Source: Fidelibacterota bacterium (lineage in GTDB: Bacteria > Pseudomonadota > Alphaproteobacteria > Rhodospirillales > Rhodospirillaceae). From it: a stretch of DNA of 32,033 nt. The stretch is from the NCBI GenBank assembly GCA_947473445.1, contig CANJEU010000001.1, positions 1 through 32,033 of the forward strand, written 5' to 3'. The notes beneath the pieces were generated by a model. It was not told where the DNA came from, did no database searches, and saw nothing but the letters and a program-made list of their open reading frames with translations. Of the stretch, positions 1 to 7,883 are shown piece after piece. Both the position numbers and the translations under genes were made by a program. The first letter of the stretch is position 1, and each line of letters opens with the position of its first letter.

Positions 1-722
1 GTAAAGACGAAAGAGGCGGCTGCCAGAAGCACGATCATCGCAAGGCCATAGGACGAAAGGCTTTCCGACACGAAGACGAGGATTCGCGTGAGGAGTGGCA
101 GTTCCTGCCCAAGGCTATCGAACTGGGCGATGACCTTCGGCACGACGAATGTCATGAGGATGATGATCACCCCCATGGCCACGGCGCTGAGCACAATCGG
201 ATAGATGAGCGCGGTCGTGACTTTCGCACGCAGACGTTCAGTCTTTTCCAGATGCTCGGACAGGCGTTCTAGGACGCCCGCGAGATTTCCGGACATTTCG
301 CCGGCCGCGATCAGCGCCCGGTAGAGCGGCGAGAAGACTTCCGGATGCTGCGCCATAGCGTCGGCCAAGCGTTGGCCTTCGGTCACGCTCGTTCTCACGT
401 CGAGCAACACGGCGCGTACGTTCTTGTCGTCCGCCTGCAGCGCGATGGTGTGTAGTGATTCTTCAAGCGGCGCGGCCGCGCCGACCATTGTCGCAAGCTG
501 GCGTGTGAGCAACATCAGCCCCGCCGGTTTCAGACCATTACGGCGCGCGAACAGGGGCAGGGAAAACCTCCTGTCGGTGCGGGCGGCCACCGGCGAGATG
601 CGCACTGGCATGAGACGAATCTGGCGCAGTTCACGCCGGGCAAGGCGCGCGCTGTCGGCCGAGACCACGCCGGTCTTCAGAACCCCCTTGGGATCAAGCG
701 CTTCATATTCGAACGCGGGCAT
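1..722 (-). CDS. gspF: Type II secretion inner-membrane platform protein GspF (N-terminal part only; gene continues past the left edge)
   Basis: Absent from the ORF track because it is open at the window edge. Reverse-strand ATG at 722-720, 3 nt after the gspE stop. My translation reads MPAFEYEALDPKGVLKTGVVSADSARLARRELRQIRLMPV...LLTRQLATMVGAAAPLEESL...HPEVFSPLYRALIAAGEMSGNLAGVLERLSEHLEK...ALIYPIVLSAV, typical of GspF/PilC. The + ORF 424..729 is its antisense shadow. Confidence 0.9.
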   Translation of the reverse strand, partial: MPAFEYEALDPKGVLKTGVVSADSARLARRELRQIRLMPVRISPVAARTDRRFSLPLFARRNGLKPAGLMLLTRQLATMVGAAAPLEESLHTIALQADDKNVRAVLLDVRTSVTEGQRLADAMAQHPEVFSPLYRALIAAGEMSGNLAGVLERLSEHLEKTERLRAKVTTALIYPIVLSAVAMGVIIILMTFVVPKVIAQFDSLGQELPLLTRILVFVSESLSSYGLAMIVLLAAASFVF

Positions 723-725
723 CGC

Positions 726-2201
726 TTAACCGTCCTGCCGCACGACGCGCAGCACCTCTTCGACCGAGGTGGCCCCCGCCATGACCTGACGCACGCCGCA
801 GTGGGTGAGTGTTTCGGTGTCTTGAAAAGCAACCCTGGCGAGGTCCTGTTCGGAGGCGTCATCATGGATCAGCGTCCGCAGCGCCTCGTGCACGACAACG
901 ATCTCATACAGACCAAGCCGGCCGCGATAACCGGTGCCTTTGCACGATGGACAGCCGACGGATTTATAGAGCGTCGCATCGTTGGAGAGGCCGAGAATCT
1001 TCTTTTCCACCGCGCCGGCAGAGAACGGGGCCTTGCAGTCCTCGCACAGACGCCGCACCAGACGTTGCGCGACGATAGCCTTGATCGTGGGCGCGAGCAG
1101 GAAAGACTCAATGCCCATGTCCCGGAGGCGCGTCACAGCGCTGATCGCGCTGTTGGTGTGCACTGTGGAAAGCACGAGGTGGCCGGTGAGGCTGGCCTGG
1201 ACGGCGATCTGTCCGGTTTCGGGATCGCGGATCTCGCCCACCATGACGATGTCGGGATCCTGGCGCAGGATTGCGCGTAAGCCGGCGGCGAAGGTCATGC
1301 CGACGCGCGGATTGACCTGGGTTTGCCCGACGCCTTCGAGCGCGTATTCCACCGGATCTTCGACAGTGAGGATATTGCGTGTCTTATCGTTAAGCTCGGA
1401 CAAGGCCGCATAAAGGGTGGTCGTTTTCCCTGAACCCGTAGGGCCGGTGACGAGCACAATGCCATTCGGCTCGGCGATCGCCGCGCGCAGCGCCGTGAGC
1501 GTGCGCGGCTCCATGCCGAGCTGATCGAGGCGCAAGTGGCCTTGTGTTTTATCCAGAAGACGCATCACGACGCGCTCGCCATGCTGCGAGGGCAGCGTCG
1601 AAACGCGCACATCAAGGGCTTTGCCGCCGATGGTCAGCGAGAGGCGCCCATCCTGCGGGAGGCGCTTTTCAGCGATATCCAGGCGCGCCATCACCTTGAT
1701 GCGCGAAACCAGCAGCGGGGCGACCCGGCCGGCCAAAGCCAGAATCTCCTGCAGTACGCCATCGATCCGCAAGCGCACCGAGAGTTTATTCTCGAAGGGC
1801 TCGATGTGAATGTCCGAGGCGCGAACCTTCATGGCCTCGGCGATGAGGCCATTGATTAAGCGAATGACCGGCGCTTCATCATTGGCTTCCAAGAGATCGG
1901 CCGCTTTGGGAATGCCTTGAACCAGAGTATCGAGCGAATTCTCGCCGTTGAATTCACCATCGAGCGCATCAGCCTCGATAGCGCCGACGGCATAGATGTC
2001 CGAGACGCGCCGGTCGAACGCCGCCGGCGTCAGCGTTTCGATCACAAGCGGGACGCCCAGCGCGCGGCGCACTTCGAGCAAGGAGGCCGGGCGCGGCGGC
2101 GCCAGGACGGCGACCTGTGCGACCGCGCCCATGTCCAGGAGCACCACACCGTGCTCGCGGGCAAAACTGTAGCTCAGCAGAGGGTCCTGCCGTTCGGCCA
2201 T
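726..2201 (-). CDS. gspE: Type II secretion ATPase GspE
   Basis: 491 aa. Walker A GPTGSGKTT, Asp/His boxes (LRQDPDIVMVGEIRD, TGHLVLSTVHTN), tetracysteine CEDC...CPSCKGTGYRGR, N-terminal GspE N1 region. Start overlaps the gspD stop by 1 nt. Confidence 0.95.
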   Translation of the reverse strand: MAERQDPLLSYSFAREHGVVLLDMGAVAQVAVLAPPRPASLLEVRRALGVPLVIETLTPAAFDRRVSDIYAVGAIEADALDGEFNGENSLDTLVQGIPKAADLLEANDEAPVIRLINGLIAEAMKVRASDIHIEPFENKLSVRLRIDGVLQEILALAGRVAPLLVSRIKVMARLDIAEKRLPQDGRLSLTIGGKALDVRVSTLPSQHGERVVMRLLDKTQGHLRLDQLGMEPRTLTALRAAIAEPNGIVLVTGPTGSGKTTTLYAALSELNDKTRNILTVEDPVEYALEGVGQTQVNPRVGMTFAAGLRAILRQDPDIVMVGEIRDPETGQIAVQASLTGHLVLSTVHTNSAISAVTRLRDMGIESFLLAPTIKAIVAQRLVRRLCEDCKAPFSAGAVEKKILGLSNDATLYKSVGCPSCKGTGYRGRLGLYEIVVVHEALRTLIHDDASEQDLARVAFQDTETLTHCGVRQVMAGATSVEEVLRVVRQDG

Positions 2202-4237
2202 TATTTTTCCATCGGCGGAACAGACGCCGGCGCGCGGCCCGTTAAGTCCTTCACCACCGAGTCGAGTGAGGATTCACCGGTGCGGCTGCGCTGGAGCTGT
2301 TCGTTTTGGATGAAGTTGTATTTGCGGTCCGTGACGGCGCGCAGATCGTTTGTGCCGGTCACGATCGTCGGCCGCAGGAAGATCATCAAGTTGGTGCGGC
2401 GGCGCGATTTGTCCGTGCTCTTGAACGCATTTCCGAGAATGGGAATGTCGCCGAGCAACGGCACTTTATCGACCGAGAGCTGTTCGTCCTCTTCGATCAG
2501 GCCCCCGAGCACGATGATCTGGCCGTCATTGACCAACACCGTGGTCTCGATCTGGCGCTTGTTGGTGATGAGTTCGCCGGAGTCCCGGCTCACGGGACCG
2601 AAGATGCTCGAGACCTCCTGGCGCAGGAAGAGCTTCACCGCGCCGCCCTCATTGATTTGCGGCTTCACTTCAAGCTTCACGCCCACGTCCTTGCGTTCGA
2701 TGGTACGGAACGGATTGGTGTTGTTCGCGCCCAAGGTCTCGCCCGTGGTGATGGGGATTTCCTGACCCACAAGGATCGAGGCCGGTTGATTGTCCATGGT
2801 CATGATGGACGGGGTCGAAAGCACGTTCGAGGACACGTCGCGTTTCAACGCGTTCAAGATGACGCCGAAGATGGTGCCGTCGCGGCTACGGCCGGCGATG
2901 CCGCCCAGGAAACCGCTGGCCCCAAGGAGAGAGTCGATCGCCGCGCCCTGCAGGGCTTTGAGCGAGTCCGGGTCCTCGCCGCTCGTCTCCTGGTCGACGA
3001 CGACGGCGCCTGTCGCGGCCAGAATGTTCGGTGAGCTATCGGTGGGGAAGCTGGTGGCGCTGAACGGAATGTTGCTGCCCTGCCCGCCCGCGAGCACGTA
3101 CTGCACGCCAAGTTGTTTGGCCGCGGTATCTGAGACTTCAACGATGATGGCTTCTACCAACACCTGGTGGCGCGGAATGTCGAGCTGGCGGATGACGTCC
3201 ATCAGTTCCTGCTGAACGTCGGGCGCGGCATTGATGATGAGGGCGTTGGTGCCAGCGTGTACGCCAAGGGACGCACGGCCAGGGATACCCGCTGCAGCGG
3301 CGCCGCCTTCCGCACGGGGCGCGGAGCCCCTGGACAGCGCGCTGACGCGTTCAAGGATGGGCAGCAGTTCTTCGGCGGCTGCGTGTTTGAGATAGACGAC
3401 GCGCGTGTCGGCGGTGGAGGCGCCTTCGCCGTCAAGTTTTTCCACGAGCGGTTGGATGCGCGCGAGCAACTCGGGTGGGCCGCGCAGGATGATGGTGTTC
3501 GTGCCTTCAAGCGGCACAGCAGCGAAGTTCGTCAGCGAATTGCCGCCCTCGCCTTGGATTTTCACAAGATCGGTGACCGCGCGCGCAATCTGATCGGCCG
3601 AGGTGTTGCGCAAGGGAATGACGGCCGTCACCGAGGGATCGCGGTCAAAGTCGGCAATGACTTTGCGGATGCGCGCGACGTTAGAAGCATAGTCGACCAG
3701 GATCAGGGCATCGGAGCCCCGCGTTGCGACGACGCGGCCCTGGCGGTGCACAAGAGGCTGCACCATCTGCAGCGCCACGCTCACATCCACGTTGTGGAGT
3801 TTGACGACCTCGGTCACAAGCTGATCGCCCTCGATGATTCCAGCCATCGGGGTCGCGTCTTGCGCGGCGCCCTCTTCGGGAACGATGCGGTAGGAGCCGT
3901 CGGCGGTGGGCAAGGCCGTGAAGCCATTGGCGCGCAGGGTCGACAGGAAAAGCGCGAACGCGTCATCGGCGTTCAGCGCCTGCTGCGAGATCACCGTGAC
4001 TTTTCCCTGCACGCGCGGATCGACGATGAAGGTCTTCCCGGTGAGCATGGAAACGTCGCTGATGAAGGCGCGAATATCGGCATCGCGCATATTCAGCACC
4101 TGGTTTTGGCTGACTGCGTTTTGGGCCGGTGGCGCGCTTTGCGCCAATGCGTCGCCATCCCACACGCTAAAAAAAGCGAGGAGGAGTCCGCTGATCGCGG
4201 CCAGGGCTGGCCCACTTTGCGTTGTAGAATTGGTCAT
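2201..4237 (-). CDS. gspD: Type II secretion outer-membrane secretin GspD
   Basis: 678 aa. Signal peptide (...WDGDALAQS), N0-N3 style repeats, C-terminal secretin core (VLSTPSIMTMDNQPASILVGQEIPI...VPLLGDIPILGNAFKS...NLMIFLRPTIV). ATGA overlap with the gspC stop. Confidence 0.95.
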   Translation of the reverse strand: MTNSTTQSGPALAAISGLLLAFFSVWDGDALAQSAPPAQNAVSQNQVLNMRDADIRAFISDVSMLTGKTFIVDPRVQGKVTVISQQALNADDAFALFLSTLRANGFTALPTADGSYRIVPEEGAAQDATPMAGIIEGDQLVTEVVKLHNVDVSVALQMVQPLVHRQGRVVATRGSDALILVDYASNVARIRKVIADFDRDPSVTAVIPLRNTSADQIARAVTDLVKIQGEGGNSLTNFAAVPLEGTNTIILRGPPELLARIQPLVEKLDGEGASTADTRVVYLKHAAAEELLPILERVSALSRGSAPRAEGGAAAAGIPGRASLGVHAGTNALIINAAPDVQQELMDVIRQLDIPRHQVLVEAIIVEVSDTAAKQLGVQYVLAGGQGSNIPFSATSFPTDSSPNILAATGAVVVDQETSGEDPDSLKALQGAAIDSLLGASGFLGGIAGRSRDGTIFGVILNALKRDVSSNVLSTPSIMTMDNQPASILVGQEIPITTGETLGANNTNPFRTIERKDVGVKLEVKPQINEGGAVKLFLRQEVSSIFGPVSRDSGELITNKRQIETTVLVNDGQIIVLGGLIEEDEQLSVDKVPLLGDIPILGNAFKSTDKSRRRTNLMIFLRPTIVTGTNDLRAVTDRKYNFIQNEQLQRSRTGESSLDSVVKDLTGRAPASVPPMEK

Positions 4238-5148
4238 TGTGTCCGATCAATCGCGAGTCTGTGAAACTTTCGTTGCCCTTTTCGCTCGATTTCGAGCGTG
4301 AGGCGAAGCGCGCCCGTGGCCGCAAGTGCGGTGAGCGCGCCGACATCGCCGACCGGTGTACCGTTCACCGACAGCAGAAGATCACCGGGGGCAAGCCCGG
4401 ACTGGTCCAACACCGATGGATCGGCGCTGCTTTCAAGAAGAAGACCGCGCGCACCGCCACGTTCAATGGGCGTGAAGCGCAGTGCGCTCGCGAGAGTCTT
4501 CATATCGACATCGAGGCGGCGGAGCGGCTCTTCGTCCGTCGAAGACGGCGCTTGTGATGGCGCAGCGGGCAAAGATACGGCCACGGCCTGAAGGGTGCTC
4601 GTGCGGTCGAAGCTCAATGTTTCGGTGACGCCATTGCGGCGGATGACGATACGGTCCGGCAGGATCTGCTCGAGCCGCACGCCGGACATGATCTCCTGGC
4701 CGACAGTGAAAACGCCTTGCACATTATCGGGCGTCGCGACGATAGCGCTGCCCGGACCGGCATCGCGGCCGGCCCGAATCCCGAACAGTTGAAGGTTCAG
4801 CATCGTTTCCGGAGCCTGCGCGGCGGCGGCAGAGTGGCCGGAGATGGTCACCGATGCGCGGTGGAAGGGATCGTTCTCGGTCAAGATCACTGGCATCACC
4901 GCACGGCGCGGCTGGGCGGAGGCGGAGACTTCGCCGGCCGACGCCCAAGCTGGCGGCTCGAAGGCTTTCCAGACGAGGGAACCGGCGGTGACCGCGAAAG
5001 TCACCGTCAGCGCGATTTCAATCCCAATGATGAGCCGGGTCTTATCGGCCCGGGCCAACGCTTTTCCCGCCTGGGCGAATCGCTCCCCAGCGAGCTGGAA
5101 CAGCTCGCTGGGCGAGACAGCGGGAAGACGTTGGCTAAGGCGCTGCAT
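4234..5148 (-). CDS. gspC: Type II secretion protein GspC (TM anchor, HR domain, C-terminal PDZ)
   Basis: 304 aa. N-terminal TM helix (LIIGIEIALTVTFAVTAGSLVW). HR-like segment (LNLQLFGIRAG...AIVATPDNVQGVFTVGQEI..GVRLEQILPDRIVIRRNGVTETLSF). PDZ-like C-terminus (GLAPGDLLLSVNGTPVGDV). Position immediately upstream of gspD. Confidence 0.8.
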   Translation of the reverse strand: MQRLSQRLPAVSPSELFQLAGERFAQAGKALARADKTRLIIGIEIALTVTFAVTAGSLVWKAFEPPAWASAGEVSASAQPRRAVMPVILTENDPFHRASVTISGHSAAAAQAPETMLNLQLFGIRAGRDAGPGSAIVATPDNVQGVFTVGQEIMSGVRLEQILPDRIVIRRNGVTETLSFDRTSTLQAVAVSLPAAPSQAPSSTDEEPLRRLDVDMKTLASALRFTPIERGGARGLLLESSADPSVLDQSGLAPGDLLLSVNGTPVGDVGALTALAATGALRLTLEIERKGQRKFHRLAIDRTQ

Positions 5149-5170
5149 TTATCGTGGGAGAGTCCCACTC

Positions 5171-7780
5171 CTAGAAGTGACGCTTGATTCCGACGGAGAA
5201 CGACGTGCCGAGTTTATACGTATCGACGTCGACACGCGCGCCGTTAAACTGCTGGGAAGCTTGGTATTTTTCGTTCAGCAGGTTTTCGGCCTTAAACTCG
5301 ATATCGTATTGGCCGCCCATCATCTCGACCCCACGACTATAGGTGAAATCAAGGGTCAGCGGCGGATGCTCGATAATCTCGGGCAGGGTTTGCGGCGAGG
5401 TCGCGCGGATGCGCTTGCTGGTGAAGTTCAGCATCAGGTTGGCCGTGGAGCCCGAATCGGCGTCTTCGTAACCGATCTGGATGTTGCCGAGGTGCTTCGA
5501 ATGGCCCTGGAGGGCGCGGCCGTTGCGCACAACGAACTCGGCCGGAAGGGCGGTGCCATTCTGACGGATGACCGTATCGCCTGGCTTAATCTTCAGCTTG
5601 GACTCGCTCCAGGTGTAGTTGGCCGCGACGAAGAAGCTCTTCGTGGCCAGCCAACCTTCATCGAACAACTCATCCCAGACGTATTTGAACTCGAACTCGG
5701 CGCCGTAGAGGTCGGCGCGCGGCACGTTCTGGAAGGTGGTCTGCAGGTTATCGCCCGCTTCGTTGATGGTTTCTTCGATTGGGTTGGTGAGCTTCTTGTA
5801 GAATCCGCCGACCGTCACGTACTGACCTTCCTCGAAGTACCACTCCACACGTGAATCGAGGTTATTGATGTTGGAGTTGACGAGGTTCGGATTACCCACG
5901 AACTGGCGATCGGTGTCCGGATCGATGAAGTCCGACGGGGCGAGTTCGCGGAACTGCGGACGGCCGATGGTCTTGGATGCACCGAGGCGTAGCTGGAGGT
6001 TCTCGGCGAAGTTCCACGTAATGGTACCGGCCGGAAGCCAATAGTCTTTAGCGATCTGCGTCTCGATACCGGTGTTCGGCGTGTAGAAATCGAAGGTATC
6101 GACGATCTCTTCGCCATCTTCGTAGCGCACGCCGAGGGCGGCGCGCACGAAGTCGATGATTTCAGAGTCGAAGCCCACGTACCCGCCGTGCACGGCGAGC
6201 GAACCGGTATAGGCCGCCGGCGCCGCGCTGCCGGTGACTTCGTTCAGCACGAAACGGCCCGGATTGATATTCGTGTCCGAGAAGATGTAGTCCACACGGC
6301 TGAACAGCAGAGCGGGCGGCAACGGGCCGCCGGTCGGCAGAAGACGGTAGTCGCGCTGCGCGGAGTCGCGCTGCGTCTCGGTGTAGAGGTAGCCTGCCTT
6401 CAAGGTCGCTTCGCGTTCACCGATGTCGGCGCGGTATGTCAGGTCGAGGGCGCCGGCCCATAGGGTATCGTCCACAGTACTGAAGCGGGTCAGATTGCGA
6501 CCCTGCTGGAAGTCGTAGCGCAGGCCAAGGCCGTCGCCGAAATCACGATACTGGACCGAGCGTTGATAGGGCGCATCGCGCGTAGCGATGGAATAGGAGC
6601 CCTTCCAGTTGATGGTGAGATCGCCGTCGGCGACACGGTGTTCGCCGGCGACCTGGTTCGTCCACATCTGGCGCTCGAACCATTCGGAGAAGTCCTGGCG
6701 CTGCGGCAGGCCGAACTGCGCGGCCACACCTTCTTGGGTGCGCGCTTCTTTGGTGGTGGTGCGGATGTAAAGGCTGGTGAGCTTGACCGTGTTCTCATCC
6801 CAGTCAAAGCCCGTGCCGAGCAAGGCGTGCCAGCGCACGTCGTTCTGGGTGGAGCGGAACGCAAAGTCGTCGGCAACCACGAGGACCTGCTGGCCCGAGG
6901 TGTTGGTCGAGAAGCGGCCGGTCTGCTGCAGACCCTGCTTCGTCGACCAGCTGTTGTCGTAACCGGCCGAGACGAGCACGCCGATGCTGGTGTCGCCGTG
7001 CAAGATGCGATCGCCGTAGGTCGCATCCATGCCGAAGTCGGCGGCCGTGGTGCCTTCGAAGATCGTCCAAAGCTCGGAATTAGCCATGCTCCGGCCGATC
7101 GTCTGCAGTTCCGTGCCGGTGAAGTTTAGTTGATTAATGCGCTTGCCGGCGCGGATTGCGTCCGCCAGCGGCTCAGGCGTCTTGCGAATCCCGCTGTCGA
7201 ACCCAAGGAAATCGGTCTTTCCGCCATCGTACGTCAGGCCGTCTTTCCAGGTGGTTTCGGTATTGCCGCCAAACGACACGCCGACGTCAAGGAACCGACC
7301 GTCAGGGATGGCCTTGGTTTCGATCTGGATGACGCCGCCGCCGAATTCACCGGAATACTGCGGCGAGAAGGTCTTCTGAGCCGCAGCACTCTGCAGCACG
7401 GACGTGGGGAACAGATCGAGCGGGACGACCCGGCGCAGCGGCTCGGGGCTCGGCAGCGGAAGGCCGTTGAGGTTGGCGTTGGAGTAACGCTCGCCGAGGC
7501 CGCGGATGTAGATGAACTTCCCGCCCACAAGTGAGAGGCCGGTCACGCGACGCAGGGAGAGCGCGACGTTGCTGTCGCCCTGACGCTCGAAGTCTTCCGG
7601 CGTGATGAAGCTTGAGATTTCCGACGTCTCCCGCTTCGGCTCGGGGATGTAGGCCCCGCGCACCACGATCTCTTCTACGGCGTCACCCGCCGGCGCCGCG
7701 GATTGTGCCCAGACGGGCACGAGCGTGAGCGCGGTGGTCGAGAGCAGTGTGCCCACGAAGATTGAGCCAAAACGTTTCAT
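5171..7780 (-). CDS. TonB-dependent outer-membrane receptor (TBDR-1)
   Basis: 869 aa. Signal peptide ending VWAQS, TonB-box/plug (EEIVVRGAY..., IRGLGERYSNANLNGLPLPSPEP), long beta-barrel, terminal aromatic (..GIKRHF). SD aagaggggaaagttATG. The plug resembles the Xanthomonas/Caulobacter carbohydrate-type TBDR subfamily (from memory, not searched). Confidence 0.9.
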   Translation of the reverse strand: MKRFGSIFVGTLLSTTALTLVPVWAQSAAPAGDAVEEIVVRGAYIPEPKRETSEISSFITPEDFERQGDSNVALSLRRVTGLSLVGGKFIYIRGLGERYSNANLNGLPLPSPEPLRRVVPLDLFPTSVLQSAAAQKTFSPQYSGEFGGGVIQIETKAIPDGRFLDVGVSFGGNTETTWKDGLTYDGGKTDFLGFDSGIRKTPEPLADAIRAGKRINQLNFTGTELQTIGRSMANSELWTIFEGTTAADFGMDATYGDRILHGDTSIGVLVSAGYDNSWSTKQGLQQTGRFSTNTSGQQVLVVADDFAFRSTQNDVRWHALLGTGFDWDENTVKLTSLYIRTTTKEARTQEGVAAQFGLPQRQDFSEWFERQMWTNQVAGEHRVADGDLTINWKGSYSIATRDAPYQRSVQYRDFGDGLGLRYDFQQGRNLTRFSTVDDTLWAGALDLTYRADIGEREATLKAGYLYTETQRDSAQRDYRLLPTGGPLPPALLFSRVDYIFSDTNINPGRFVLNEVTGSAAPAAYTGSLAVHGGYVGFDSEIIDFVRAALGVRYEDGEEIVDTFDFYTPNTGIETQIAKDYWLPAGTITWNFAENLQLRLGASKTIGRPQFRELAPSDFIDPDTDRQFVGNPNLVNSNINNLDSRVEWYFEEGQYVTVGGFYKKLTNPIEETINEAGDNLQTTFQNVPRADLYGAEFEFKYVWDELFDEGWLATKSFFVAANYTWSESKLKIKPGDTVIRQNGTALPAEFVVRNGRALQGHSKHLGNIQIGYEDADSGSTANLMLNFTSKRIRATSPQTLPEIIEHPPLTLDFTYSRGVEMMGGQYDIEFKAENLLNEKYQASQQFNGARVDVDTYKLGTSFSVGIKRHF

Positions 7781-7845
7781 AACTTTCCCCTCTTAGTCCC
7801 GTGACGTGACGTTCTATTTTTTATGAGCGCGAATTCCGGTGCGGC

Positions 7846-7874
7846 GCACGGCCCGGCTTCATGCCGGGCCGTGC
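7846..7874 (-). other. Strong intercistronic stem-loop without a U-tract, between the lipoprotein and TBDR-1 genes
   Basis: gcacggcccggc (7846-7857) pairs perfectly with gccgggccgtgc (7863-7874), 5-nt loop. No T/A run on either side, so this is not a canonical intrinsic terminator. Confidence 0.5.
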
Positions 7875-7883
7875 ATCCGCGCG

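Noticed and set aside
424-729. 101-aa + strand ORF at the left edge
   Set aside because: It lies antisense to a clean GspF N-terminus read on the minus strand. It is Arg/Ser/Ala-rich, as expected for a high-GC shadow frame.
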